A stretch of 64,000 nt of DNA from Eledone cirrhosa (Eukaryota). The first letter of the stretch is position 1. Each line of letters starts with the position of its first letter. Shown here one piece after another: positions 1-13,930 of the stretch. Both the position numbers and the translations under genes were made by a program. The notes under the pieces are model-generated. The model worked only from the letters and a program-made list of their open reading frames with translations, had not been told where the DNA came from and did not search any database. Location of the stretch: contig OZ024743.1 of the NCBI GenBank assembly GCA_964016885.1, positions 214,334,001 to 214,398,000 on the forward strand. The letters run 5' to 3'.

Positions 1-1579
<1,579 letters not shown>

Positions 1580-1580
<1 letters not shown>

Positions 1581-2450
1581 TCTTCGCGAGCCAAATTCCC
1601 GGCCTTCCACAGGGGTTTATACCCCGACGAAGATCTGGTTCTATCGAACCTTAAATGGTATTACTTTAGGAAAAACCTGATATCCGCGTTTACTTAGTCA
1701 CCCGCCAACTGTCTTTAAAATCTTCGTCAAGAATATGACCACTAAGATACCAAATCTATTTTCTAACAACCCCATTGTTGACAGAGCGACACCATACTAC
1801 AATTCACCGTTAAACAACAGCGGACTCTCTGACATTTCCTACTGCCCTCACCAGCTTTACACGAAGAGTAGAACGAAAAATAGAAATCAAAACGCAATAA
1901 TTCACCTTTCTTCCATGGAGGTAAAACTAATGTAGGTAAAATAATTCTTAGCACTCTTAGAAAGCACTGCCCTATCAGGTATAAAAATGAAAATCCGCAT
2001 TTCACAGGCTCAGATTGAACCTTAAATATTGCTGTGTTAAATATATGAAAGCCCACATCACCACCAACTCCACGAGCGCTCCCTCACCTGGATGTACTGG
2101 TAGAAAGCCAGAATCAGGCTCTTTTAACCCACAATATAACACACTCGTAGTCGTCATCGAGCCCGAAGTTACATCCATCCGGCAGAAAAAAACAGCAAGT
2201 CATGACATATGTGGGTATGTCCAACAGCAGGATTAAAGCAGACTTCCTTAACAATGAGACAAGCGTTAAACAAGCGAGCGGCTACTAGCAAACCACGTAT
2301 TGTCAACGCAGGGTGTGCATAGATTAAATACCTTACAGAGGTGGCGTTAAAATATTTATCTTAAAACGAGAGCCGATGTTTTAAACTGCAATAACCACAC
2401 CTTGAATATTTTCATATTTAAATGGAAGAACCCATAATAACCAGATGCTT
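1580..2450 (+). pseudogene. Highly degraded PLE RT/linker/EN fragment
   Basis: Peptides AKFPAFHRGLYPDEDL (cf. GGLYRDDGL), HPPTVFKIFVKNMTTKIPNLFSN...DRATPYYNSPLNNSG (cf. HPKNIL...RISSLAAN...AAPYYNEALARSG at 8024-9925) and KTNVGKIILSTLRKHCP; many frameshifts and deletions. Right boundary approximate. Confidence 0.65.
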
Positions 2451-3246
2451 TAGGATATCACGGGCTAAACTATTACTAGTTGTAGTTCTTCAACATTTAA
2501 CTCCAGCACAACAATATAACTGGGTTGCATCCCTATTACGGAAATGAAAACTGACCTCTCCTGCGCAGACTCCATCTAATTCAAAGCTACTTCCGTTCAC
2601 ACTCCAAACAAACTCGCGTTGAACATCCTGTTTACGTGAAATGCATGCTCGCAAGTATGTATTGGTAATATATATATACTTGCTTGTTCTTCACTCCATC
2701 TGTTAATTTAAAATAAACTCAGTATTCTATGGTATATTCGGGTGGCCTCATATGCATAATATTCTTACATGGCCTTCAGTATCCCATCCATTATCAATAC
2801 TACGATATACTTCAACACTAAGAACGTCCTGATATAAAATATAGAAACACCAGTTCATAAACGAAATTAATCAGAACATATATTTAAACAAATATGTCAT
2901 GAAATGTGGATTATTCAATACTATAGTACTTTTGAACTTTTGTCCTTGAAATTCGGAGTATATTCAGCAGCTATTTCTACAGTTGATCATGTCAACCCTT
3001 AGTTATTAAAGCGTATAAAATGATGTAGAAACATATCAAACGCTTTGTGGTTTCAGGAGAATCCCCTCTGATGCGAGCATATAGAACAGTTTGAAGATGG
3101 CTTACCCCAACAGCATCAGTTTCGAGGAACTCGAAGTGTAAAATGGGCTCTTATACACACGAGGATTAATTGCTCATTCTGTTAATGTTTGAACGCTTTA
3201 AATACTATTGAATTTTAAACTCATATAGTAATACACACACATACAG

Positions 3247-3337
<91 letters not shown>

Positions 3338-3367
3338 TATATACATATATATATAATAATAATAATA

Positions 3368-3549
3368 GTTTCTACTTTTGGCACAAGGCCAGTAATTAAC
3401 CAGTACATTACTGGTACTTTATTTTATCGACCCTGTATGGATGAAAGGCAAAGTTAACCTCGGCGGGATTTGAACTCAGATCATAAAGGAACGTAACTAT
3501 GCTGGAAAGCATGTTCGAGCCTCTACCGATACTGCCAATTCACCGCCCT

Positions 3550-3550
<1 letters not shown>
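3368..3550 (-). mobile_element. tRNA-derived SINE, family A
   Basis: Minus strand has A-box-like TGGCAGTATCGG and B-box GAGTTCAAATCCC, body ...tttgcctttcatcc...gtcgataaaataaagtaccag...ggccttgtgcc, and a (TTA) tail; four copies in the window. Confidence 0.85.
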
Positions 3551-3612
<62 letters not shown>

Positions 3613-4377
3613 TTGAGAAGAGGAGACCTCAAAAAGGCTACAGAAGGAATGCTAATGGCTGCGCAGGAGCAGGCCCTCAAAACGAAGTGGTTGAAGCACC
3701 ATATCTACAAGGAGGAGGCTAGCCCACTGTGCAGGATCTGTGGAGAGAGAGAGGAGACTGTGGCTCACATTGTGTCCGAGTGTAAACACCTAGCCCAGAC
3801 CCACTATAAGGGCTGGAGACACGATGTGATGGGCAGGGTGATCCACTGGCACCTGTGCAAAGTAAACAATCTACCACATTCTGAGAAATGGTATGAGCAT
3901 AGGCCAGAGGCGGTGATGGAGAACAGTCAGGTGAAGGTGCTGTGGGATTTTAGGATACAGACGGACAAAAAACTGGAACACAATAGACCTGACCTGGTGG
4001 TTGTGGACAAAGAAAAAAGATCGTGCCTGATTGTGGATGTGGCCTGCCCGTTCGACACGAGAGTGCAAGAGAAGGAGAGGGAGAAAATTAACCGATACCA
4101 GGACCTAAAGTGGGAGGTGAAAAGGATTTGGAACTGCCATGAAGTCAAAGTGATCCCGATTGTCATAGGCGCACTGGGGACTATCTCCAAAGGTTTCCAG
4201 GGATGGTTAAAGAAAATCGGCCCCTTCACGCTTTTTGGAACGCTTCAAAAGGCATGCTTGCTTGGAACGGCAAGAACCCTCCGATACGTCCTGAATATCT
4301 GAGGCTGCAGGTAGTGGCTTGATATTCAATCCAACGGACTTTCCAGTTAACCAACATCAATGACTGAGATTCAAGGA
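3613..4377 (+). mobile_element. 5'-truncated R4/Dong-clade non-LTR retrotransposon (CCHC + restriction-like endonuclease)
   Basis: Open frame to 4302 with CRICGEREETVAHIVSEC, RHD, WDFRIQTD..HNRPDLVVVD...IVDVACP..EKEREKINRYQDL...IPIVIGALG; flanked on both sides by (AAT)n, the known Dong target type. Confidence 0.9.
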
Positions 4378-4665
4378 ATAACAATAACAATAATAATATA
4401 ATAATATAATAATAATATTATAATGATAATGATAAAAGGGTTGATTTGTTATGTCTTCATTACATTTATTGATCAGCTCAAGGTTCGATCTGTATCGATC
4501 TAGCCCGACTCTGGAATCAACAGCTCGTCGGATCTCTGGTATGGAAACTACGCATTGAGTGCTCACTCTGGAGAACCTATAGTAACTGGACGTTACATTC
4601 CCTACATATGTATATATATATATGTGTGTGTGAAACAAAATGGCGAGCTGTGTTGTTGCAATTAA

Positions 4666-4712
<47 letters not shown>

Positions 4713-4729
4713 TAGTTTTAATATAGATG

Positions 4730-4780
4730 AGATTCTACAGGACTAGAACTGTTTCATTCATTAGAAATCATCAGGAATCT
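4730..4780 (-). ncRNA. Type I hammerhead ribozyme motif (mirror copy)
   Basis: Reverse complement of 4993-5043. Confidence 0.75.
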
Positions 4781-4992
4781 GGGTATCAAAAAATAAATAT
4801 GGTATTTATAGGTCTCTACAAGTGGTAGGAGAGGGTGGGGAGTGGGATGGGTGCAGGTCATTGGTTGATAGAAAAGGGAATTCATTAATGAATTCCCTTT
4901 TCTATCAACCAATGACCTGCACCCATCCCACTCCCCACCCTCTCCTACCACTTGTAGAGACCTATAAATACCATATTTATTTTTTGATACCC

Positions 4993-5043
4993 AGATTCCT
5001 GATGATTTCTAATGAATGAAACAGTTCTAGTCCTGTAGAATCT
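4993..5043 (+). ncRNA. Type I hammerhead ribozyme motif
   Basis: agattc-CTGATGA-tttc taat gaat-GAAA-CAG ttctagtc CTG-TA-gaatct; stem I covaries with the copy at 10123 (agcttc/gaagct). Confidence 0.8.
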
Positions 5044-5125
5044 CATCTATATTAAAACTGTTATACTCTGCTATGTATTGAGTACCTTACTTACTGTGGT
5101 TACCTCCGATTCAACCCGGAATAAC

Positions 5126-5178
<53 letters not shown>

Positions 5179-5183
<5 letters not shown>

Positions 5184-5368
5184 TAAAATAACAGATTAAA
5201 CTTGAAGCAAAGAATCGCTGCTTTCACCCTTAACGGGATCTTCTGAAACTTAACTTTAATCTGTTATTTTAATAAATATTTGCTCTACGGTTCTTATATA
5301 TTTTATATATATTTATCCTTATCGAGCCCCCTTTGGATTATAGTCTTCAAATTTATTATTATTACTAT
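5179..5368. repeat. Short inverted pLTR-like remnant
   Basis: 22-bp inverted repeat tttattaaaataacagattaaa / tttaatctgttattttaataaa; the minus strand between the arms has a degenerate hammerhead (cagaaga-tccc gttaa gggt-GAAA). Confidence 0.55.
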
Positions 5369-5788
5369 ATATATATATATATATATATATTCGTGTGGTG
5401 TTTCAGTGTGTATTTCTTTTTTAGCTCTCATCTTTTCATCGGGTATCTAATAGCCGAAATGGTTTTAGACCAGAATAAATGAAAATTAATCAATTTCTTG
5501 ATGTAATTATTATAATAATTTTAAATTTAAGTATAGGCCAATAAAGAAAATTCAATAAAACTAATAGAGAATGAAAATGTCGTGAATGTAACATTTTATT
5601 TTTATTTTTAATTATTCGACTTAATTCTTTGAAATATTAAAACTATTTGATATATAGTTAAAAATATTACACTATCATTAGATCCTTATAATTCTGTTTA
5701 AAGCCAAATGCAATCTCTCCCTCTCTCTGTCTGTCTCTCTCTCAGTCTCACTCTCAGTCTCTCTCTCTTTCTTTATCTCTCTCTATCT

Positions 5789-5830
<42 letters not shown>

Positions 5831-5915
5831 GTAGGTCCCAGGTTGAGTCGGGGATAACCATAGTAAGTAAAGTACTCAATACATGGCAGAGTAAATTTTT
5901 TTATTTTATAGAAGG

Positions 5916-5966
5916 AGCTTCTACAGGACTAGTACTGTTTCATTCAGATGAAATCTTCAGGAAGCT
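5916..5966 (-). ncRNA. Type I hammerhead ribozyme motif in PLE 3' pLTR
   Basis: Minus strand agcttc-CTGAAGA-tttc atct gaat-GAAA-CAG tactagtc CTG-TA-gaagct. Confidence 0.8.
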
Positions 5967-6487
5967 GGGTGTCATATTAAGTTCTGGTATTTATACATTT
6001 AGGTAGTGGTAAGGGAGGGGTGTTGGACGGAGGGGGATTGTTGGGGGGGGGGGTACTTAGATACACAGGACCACTTCATGGCACAGGCCGTTTTTCTTTG
6101 GGGAGTGGTCAATTAGCCAGAGTGTTTTTATGAAATAAATAAATAAGTAAATAAATAAATAAATGAATAAATAGATAAATGAATAAATAAATAAAGAAAA
6201 TAAATAAAAAAATAAATAAAAAATAAATAAATAAAACCCCAAGAATAGTAATTCAACAGATATATAGTAGGGAAATTTTTTAGGTGGGTTGGTAATAGAA
6301 ATTAAACATTTAACAAGACCGAATCATGGCACAGACTGGGGTGAGTGGTCAAGTTAACATACAAGCCACAGGTGGCCAGAGTGTTTTTGTAGAATGGAAA
6401 GAATAAAATATATTTACATACTCACAACCACATACAAAAACACTTACACACATATATATACCTATATATATATATCTATCTATCTAT

Positions 6488-7232
6488 CTAAGGCGGGTAA
6501 AATTCCCGAGATCCATGGACGAGTTCTCTCCAGCGGTCTCTGTCCCTCATTATCGCTGCCATATCCTGCATCTCCAACAGACCAGTGTCTGTCCTTAGGG
6601 CATCAACATATGTTAACCTTGGTCTTCCTCTTCTAGTGTGTCCATGTAGGGGCTCCCAAAGGAGCACTGAGTGCAATGTCAACTCTGGATGTCGGTGAGC
6701 ATGTCCAGCCAACCTCAGTCTCCTCTGTGTCACTTTTGAGCTGACTTTTGGGATGCTCCCATACAGCTCTGAGTTTTTCAGCCTCAGTGTATACTGATTA
6801 ATGTTCAGAGCCATCCTCAGCATTCTCGTGTAGCACCCATCCACCATCTGCGTGAGTCTCTTGGTCAGTGTCCAAGTCTCAGACCCATACAGCAGCACAG
6901 ACTCCACTACAGCAATGAAGAGGCGGATTTTCAGGTCTCTACGAAGGTCCGACTTCCACACCGATCTCAAGCTGTGACACGCCGCCCAGGCCTTGCTCTT
7001 CCTCTCAACCACATCATCTTCCGTATTCCCAATCTTTGCTCCCAAAAACAGGAAGTCCTCAACCAATTCCAGCGGCTTCCCGCCTACATTAGTGATCCCC
7101 TCTGGCTTCTCAACATTCTCTACCAGATATTTTGTTTTAGTCTCATTCATTCTCAGCCCCACACTCATCGACACAGTCTCAAACTCCCGCATCAAATCCT
7201 CTGCCTCCTTCACTGTATTTGTCACCAAAACT
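6488..7232 (-). mobile_element. 5'-truncated RTE-clade LINE (RT thumb and C-terminus)
   Basis: IVLV...VGLRMNETKTKY...FLFLG...AVVESVLLYGSETWTLTK...RRLRLAGHAHR...WEP..RRGRPRLTYVD; ends against (GATA)n. Confidence 0.88.
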
Positions 7233-7452
7233 ATATATATATATGGGTGCACACCTACACATTCACACACATATATATATATATATACACACACATATAT
7301 ATACACACACACACACACATACATACATACACATATTTACATATATACACAAGAAAAACACAAACACACAAATATACACACACACACGCATACACATACA
7401 CACACATATATATATATATCTACACATACACACGTGCGCATACACATACATA

Positions 7453-7483
<31 letters not shown>

Positions 7484-7631
7484 ACATATATATATATATA
7501 TTTATATATATATACACACCTACATGTACGTATCTCTCTCCGTATAAACTATACTATACATACACACACACACAAACACATACATTCACACATATATATA
7601 CATATATACACATACACACATACATATAGAA

Positions 7632-7682
<51 letters not shown>

Positions 7683-7818
7683 CACACACATACACATATA
7701 TAAGCACACACGCATACATACACATACATACATACAAATAAGTACACATAAACGCATATGCACAAACACGCACTCGTTCGCACTCATACATGTGTCTATA
7801 ATATAATGGTAGTGGGAC

Positions 7819-7878
7819 AAATTTTAAATTTTAAATTTTAAATTTTAAATTTTAAATTTTAAATTTTAAATTTTAAAC
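7819..7878. repeat. (AAATTTT)n heptamer microsatellite
   Basis: About 8 perfect copies read directly. Confidence 0.95.
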
Positions 7879-8151
7879 TGGGCCTCATAGATGATTAAAA
7901 TAATTAATATCACTACTAAGTTATTAATATTATCAAGTAATTAATTACTATTTATTATTTACTATTTACCATTCACTATTCGTGACCTATCTTTTATCTG
8001 TTATCAATTCATTACCCAATCATTCACTCATAAATTAATAAATAAATGAATGAGTTAACTAACAAACAAACAAACAAACAGATAAACAAATAAACCAGTA
8101 AATAAGTAAATAAATAAATAGATAAATAAATAAATAAGTAAATAAAGTAAC

Positions 8152-8194
<43 letters not shown>

Positions 8195-10122
8195 ATATAC
8201 AGATAAATAGATAAATAAATAAATAAATAAATCACGAACGTGTGCGTGCAGCAGTTCATAACTGCACGTATGCAAACATGAGCAGGTATATACGTGAATT
8301 TGTGTGTGCGGCCACGGAACTTTACTCAGAGGCATACAACACAATATATAAGACCTGGAGGGGAGGAAAGAAGGTAATAATGAGAGATAGAGGGGAGGAA
8401 AGAGGGTAATAATGAGAGATGGAGGGACGGGAATGGGATGGGGGGGGGGGCGAGGTGTGGTGGTGATATGGGGGGGGGGGTCAGTCGGGGGGCCGGGTGA
8501 GTCTGTAGTTTTTGTAATTTGCATAGTTCTTGTGCATGCAATTAGGGGAGTGTTCCGAGATCTTGTTGAGGAGAGGGCCTTTGGCGAATAGAATCTCATA
8601 GCTCTCGGAGATACAGAGGTCACAGCAATTATGGCCTCCCGTGTATGATCGCGCTCTCTGGAGTAGTCTCCATTGGGTCTTGAAGGGGATGGAGTTCCTT
8701 TTAAGGTGCCAGATGTGGGCGGCGAGTGTAGTTTGGTTAGATTTGTCTGGGCGCCGGAACGAATGTGTGTGGGGGCGTACCAGCGAGTATTAAAACTATT
8801 AGAAGTCATGCCGATGTACGAGTTTCTTTTTTCATCGGGGCCTGAGTGTACATCGCATATATAGACGAGATCATTTTTTAGACAGTTGTTGTTGAGAGGG
8901 CAGGTCGTCTTATCAGGGCAATTGCAGTTGCTATCGGTTGCTGGATGGGCTTCGGAAAAAGTAGATTTAGTTAGCTTCTTGATGTTGTTGTTGGCTAAGT
9001 TTCTAGCTAGATTAGGTGTGGTTGAGTAAGAGAGTCTAATGGTATTCTTATTAAGGATAGTATAGTACCTATGTTGGGTGGGGAAGTGTTTTTGTAAGAG
9101 AGTGAAGAACATTTTAGCTACAGGTGTTGAAACTTCTCGGTTGAAGGGGGGGGGGTTGTACCAGCTAATGTGCCCTCGCCTATTCTTCCTGGGTGGGCGT
9201 GGGGCTATAGTAAGGTAGGTGATCTTATCTCTAAAGCCGCTGCGGGCCAGGGCCTCGTTGTAATAGGGGGCTGCTGCTCTAAAGATATCTTCATTGGCGG
9301 CGAGGCTAGATATCCTAATGGAGACACTTTTTACTAGGTTGTCTAATATATTTTTGGGGTGGTTAGAATTAACGTCTATATATCTAAGGGATACATTAGG
9401 TTTGTGGTACGGGTAGTAAAGGGAAGTTTCTAAGTCGAGGGTAACGTCTAGGAAGTTAGCTTTAGTTAAGTTCGAATCTAAGGTAATCCTAAAGCCTAAG
9501 TTTTTAAAGAAGGTGTAACGGTTTTTCCTGAACCCATCCGTGGTCCTGGGATTGATTTTGTGGAGGGCAAAGAGGCCGTCATCTCGGTAGAGACCGCCGG
9601 AGAGACCTGTGAAGAGGGTCTTCAACCTGTGGAGGATGAACAGACCCACAAGGTCACTAATTTCAGCTGAGTCGCTAGCACCCATGCTAACGTCGAAGGG
9701 GGTCTCAGATTTGTTGTTGATCCAGTGGGATCTGTCATGGTAAAGAAAAGTCTTACGTGCATGGAGGATCACATCCTGCTCGGCTTCGGTAATTGTGGTT
9801 AAGTTCATGGCGAAGTTAATCGCGTCAATCAGCAGGCTCTCTGATATGGAGGCGTAGTAATCCTGGATGTCTAGATGCAGGAAGCGGGTGTTGCTTTTGT
9901 CGGGCAAGTCGCGGAACCATGTCATTGCCTCTGATGTCCTATTCCAGAGTGGGAGGGGTGAGGCAGCACGTAGTCTAGGTAGAATCCTGTCCAGGATCTT
10001 CTTACTGACGGATCCTATGTCAGACGTGGTCCTGTGTATCTAAGTACCATCCCACCCCCCATCCACCACCCCTCCCTTACCACTACCTAAATGTATAAAT
10101 ACCAGAACTTAATATGACACCC

Positions 10123-10173
10123 AGCTTCCTGAAGATTTCATCTGAATGAAACAGTAATAGTCCTGTAGAAGCT
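10123..10173 (+). ncRNA. Type I hammerhead ribozyme motif in inverted 5' pLTR
   Basis: agcttc-CTGAAGA-tttc atct gaat-GAAA-CAG taatagtc CTG-TA-gaagct. Confidence 0.8.
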
Positions 10174-10177
10174 CCTT

Positions 10178-10266
<89 letters not shown>

Positions 10267-11291
10267 ATATAATATTTATATATATATATATATATGAATA
10301 AATATTGTTGTGTCTGATCGAGACGAAGCGAGAGTATATTTAATTCATAGAAAATTGAGAAAAACTATTCGCTAGAATATCTTATTAAAAACAGAAAAAA
10401 TTGTTGTGTCCGATCGAGACGAAGCGAGAATATATTTTCTTTTCTTTGTATATTTGTTTTATAACACACACTTCACACCAGCAGAGAGATTTTTTTGTGA
10501 GTTGCTCGATCCAGCATTTTAAAATGGTACTCCCAATTAATTCGTGTGAAACCAATTTGGTGGTTTGATCGCTAATGAGTTTGAAGATGCGATTGAAAAT
10601 GACTCTCAAACTCCGTGATGCCTATATACGGTATCTCATACAACCCATGGTTTTGAATGTCATAGATTGATAGCTAGCCGAAATAGATTGCATGCAACGT
10701 TGAGATAATCTATTTTAAATACCAACGGCAGTATTGATATATTGTACAATGTTGAAATTTAAAAACCAATCGGCGGTAATTATCAAAGAATGCTAATGGA
10801 AAACTAGTAAATACATTATTCTTCGGTTATCTCGAATTTTCAAATAAGTGAAACCAACAAGTCATTAACGAATTTAATTAATTAACAAAGCCTTAACAGA
10901 AATCCTTAATTAGAAATCGCTTAGTTGTATATTTATACACTGAATTTGTGCTAGATAATTTAAATTTCATATATATCTGTGTTACTTAGATAAACCAATA
11001 TATTTAAAGGTCTTAAAACACAATTAATCATATCTATACAAGCGAATTCCATTATCAAATGTTCCGCTCTTCATGAATACAAGAATCAAATAGAAGGCTT
11101 ATATATTAGGTTAAGCCCACTACATATACACCGAGGAACCTGTACACTGAAACATGTTACCATTGCAAATATTCACATTACTGGAAATGACACACACACA
11201 CACACACAGACACACACATACACGCATACACACACACACACACCCACACACATACACACACACACAGACACACACACACACACAGACACAG

Positions 11292-11325
<34 letters not shown>

Positions 11326-11326
11326 A

Positions 11327-11380
<54 letters not shown>

Positions 11381-11540
11381 GGGAAAGACACACATATATA
11401 TATAAATGTATATGTGTGTATGAATAAATGTATGTCCGATGGTCGACTGAAAAGTTCATAGGCTCAACAAATGAGGTTTATTTTTCATCATAATCCCTGT
11501 AAAGTTACAGCGTAATTATGATTAAGAGTTTAAATTAATT

Positions 11541-11729
11541 ATTTCTACATTAGGCACAAGGCCAGCAATTTACCAGTGTATTACTGGTACTTTATTTTAT
11601 CGACCCCGTAAGGATGAAAGGCAAAGTTAACCTCGGCGAGATTTGAACTCAGAATGGCAAGGGCCGTAACTCTATGCGTCAAAGCATGACGTCCGACCCT
11701 CTACCGATACTGCCAATCCACCGCCCTTG
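11541..11729 (-). mobile_element. tRNA-derived SINE, family A, with 16-bp target-site duplication
   Basis: Homologous to 3368-3550; aagagtttaaattaat at 11524-11539 and 11730-11745. Confidence 0.88.
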
Positions 11730-11833
11730 AAGAGTTTAAATTAATGCTTACAAGAAGAGTTTAAATTAATGCTTACTAGATTTCATAGTAAGCCGATTCT
11801 CGTATGTATATATCTATTAATATATATATATAT

Positions 11834-12380
11834 ATATGAATGAAAAATAGAGCAAGAAACCAGGACTATCCGTCATCAGTGATCTTCTGGCCATCATTAG
11901 TATTTCTTCGCATTAAAGACCAGATACATCAAGCCAGCGCGAACAATAACTAAAATAAGTTATTGGGATAAAATGAAATCGGTGGAGAAAGGGAGACATG
12001 TGAACAAACAAACATGGTAAGGCAACGTAAAGAGAGGACAGATCTTTCCATAAACTGAATTAAACATCGACATATATACAGAAGCCCTCCTGCCACCCGC
12101 CAACTGTCTTTAAAATCTTCGTCAAGAATATCAGCACTAAGATATCAAATCTATTTTCTAACAAGTAGCAGAGAGTGAATGAGTGAAAGTGTGAGCTTTA
12201 TCCATCCAATTCTCTTTATCCCAATAACTTATTTTAATTATTGTTCGCGCTGGTTTGAGGTATCTGGTCTTTAATGCGAAGATGGCCAGAAGATCACTGA
12301 TGACGGAGAGTCCTGGTTTCTTGCTCTATTTTTTAATTCATATGTATCACATTCGCAACAACGAAGCATGCCATCTTTCA
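11834..12380. mobile_element. Inverted-repeat PLE remnant enclosing a short RT-thumb fragment
   Basis: Arms ~11834-11975 and ~12210-12343 are inverted; spacer 12046-12163 encodes FHKLN*TSTYIQKPSCHPPTVFKIFVKNISTKISNLFSN, near-identical in DNA to ~1699-1768; arms are homologous to the 28470 and 45457 tandem repeats. Confidence 0.75.
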
Positions 12381-13033
12381 TTTATATATATATATATATA
12401 TATACATGATGGCTGCCTCGTCGTTATCGAGTATGGACATTGCACGATATACCATTATTAATAATTATTAATTAATTCTATCGTGCAATGCCTGTGCGTG
12501 AAAATATTTTTTAAAGTGAGGAAAGACTGTGCACTGAGCCAATCCCACTATTTGAGCGGCAGTAGCTATAATCCGAGAAGAAGAAAAGATCAACATCATC
12601 GGTAACTACTGAGCCGCAGGTTTTATATCGGAGTTATCCCAGTTTCCTGAGTTGCCTTTTCCTAGATGAATTCCCTTACAAAGGTAGGGGTCCTTCACTC
12701 CCAATGGTTTAACCGCGCGATCGGGTGTCCAGACCGATTATTTCTATGTTCCCGCGCATATACACACACATGCACCCATGTATAAACATATGTACATGTG
12801 TATATACATATCTACACACTTTTGAATGACCGTTGAATCTTATGAGTTCTTCCGCCCTTTGTCAGGTACTGTTTTTTGTCCTGCAGGGTGTCCAAAATCA
12901 CCCTCCTCACCAAGTAAACTTGGTGGGGTTTGACGGTTTAGTCGCCGACGACTCGACCATGCGTCAAGTTGTACTGGGTAACATGTTACCAGTAGCACTC
13001 AAGAGTGACCCGACATATGCATGCATACATACA

Positions 13034-13125
<92 letters not shown>

Positions 13126-13749
13126 GGTATGTATATCCATTTAGGTTTGGTGGTTCACCACTGGATAGGATAGAACTGGTCATTCCATATAATTACGCAA
13201 CTCATCTATCTTTGATGTTGAATTCTGTGGACGGAGTTAATTATTAGTTTGATTAAAATAAGAGGAGGACGGACTGGTTAAGTTGCCTTATAGTGTTATC
13301 GTTGCAAAAACACTCTATATACTTCACTGACCGGTTTACGTAAGATACTGGTGACATAATTAGCCTCGTATTCATAATTAATAATCAATAAATGAATTAC
13401 GGCAAACACAAACAGAAAAAGTATTTGATTCGGAGATGGCCTACGATGTAGATATTAATGTTGCCACAGATGAACGGATTTTAGAACATTTTGCCTGTGA
13501 ATATATGCTCTAGTTAAATTAACAAAGACAGACAGTAGAAAATTTGATAGAAAAGTTGAAAAGATGTATATAATATATAAGCTAGGTTATCTCTAGGTTA
13601 GACAGTACTTAACAAGTTGCCATTAAAATATAGGAACTAACAGATTATACTTTATCTATATTCATAGAACTCTAGATATGTATTCTGGTCCCATATTTAG
13701 ACATATTCATGAAATTGTGATATACTAGTATCGGGCTACAATAATAATT

Positions 13750-13930
13750 GTTTCTATTTTAGGCACAATGCCAGCAAATTACCCAGTACATTACTGGTAC
13801 TTTATTTTATCGAACCCGTAAGGATGAAAGGCAAAGTTAACCGCATCGGGATTTGAACTCAGATCATAAAGGGACGTAACTCTACGCTTCAAAGCATGGT
13901 GTCCTACTATCTACCGATACTGCCAATTTA
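13750..13930 (-). mobile_element. tRNA-derived SINE, family A
   Basis: Homologous to 3368-3550 and 11541-11729. Confidence 0.85.

Larger units (their letters stand above)
4714..5127. repeat. 346-bp DNA palindrome (4714-5059) plus tail: solo inverted PLE pseudo-LTR
   Basis: Identical ORFs on opposite strands (4754-4951 - and 4822-5019 +); centre gaattcattaatgaattc; arm and tail are homologous to the PLE termini at 5830-6070 and 10027-10183. Confidence 0.92.
5830..10183 (-). mobile_element. 5'-truncated Penelope-like element (putative Hydra-like lineage) with inverted 5' pLTR and a nested RTE
   Basis: ORF 8024-9925: LDIQDYY, SMGASDSAEISDLVGL, GLYRDDGL, NFLDVTLDL, YHKPN...SNHP, CNCPDKTTCPLNNNC, YICDV...YIGMT, then frameshifted. 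10027-10183 is an inverted copy of ~5905-6073. Confidence 0.9.

Noticed and set aside
3040-3180. Possible host exon (tttcag acceptor on +, gtaag donor on -)
   Set aside because: All candidate frames hit stops quickly and there is no recognisable product.
3368-3550. tRNA gene
   Set aside because: A/B boxes are present but there is no cloverleaf; multi-copy with TSD and tail, so a SINE.
8024-9925. Telomerase or bacterial RT system (retron, group II intron, DGR)
   Set aside because: RT is followed by a GIY-YIG domain and pLTRs typical of PLEs; the context is eukaryotic repeat DNA.
12620-13015. Possible RTE 5' UTR fragments or HDV-like ribozyme
   Set aside because: Only vague familiarity; no fold or adjacent ORF could be supported by eye.
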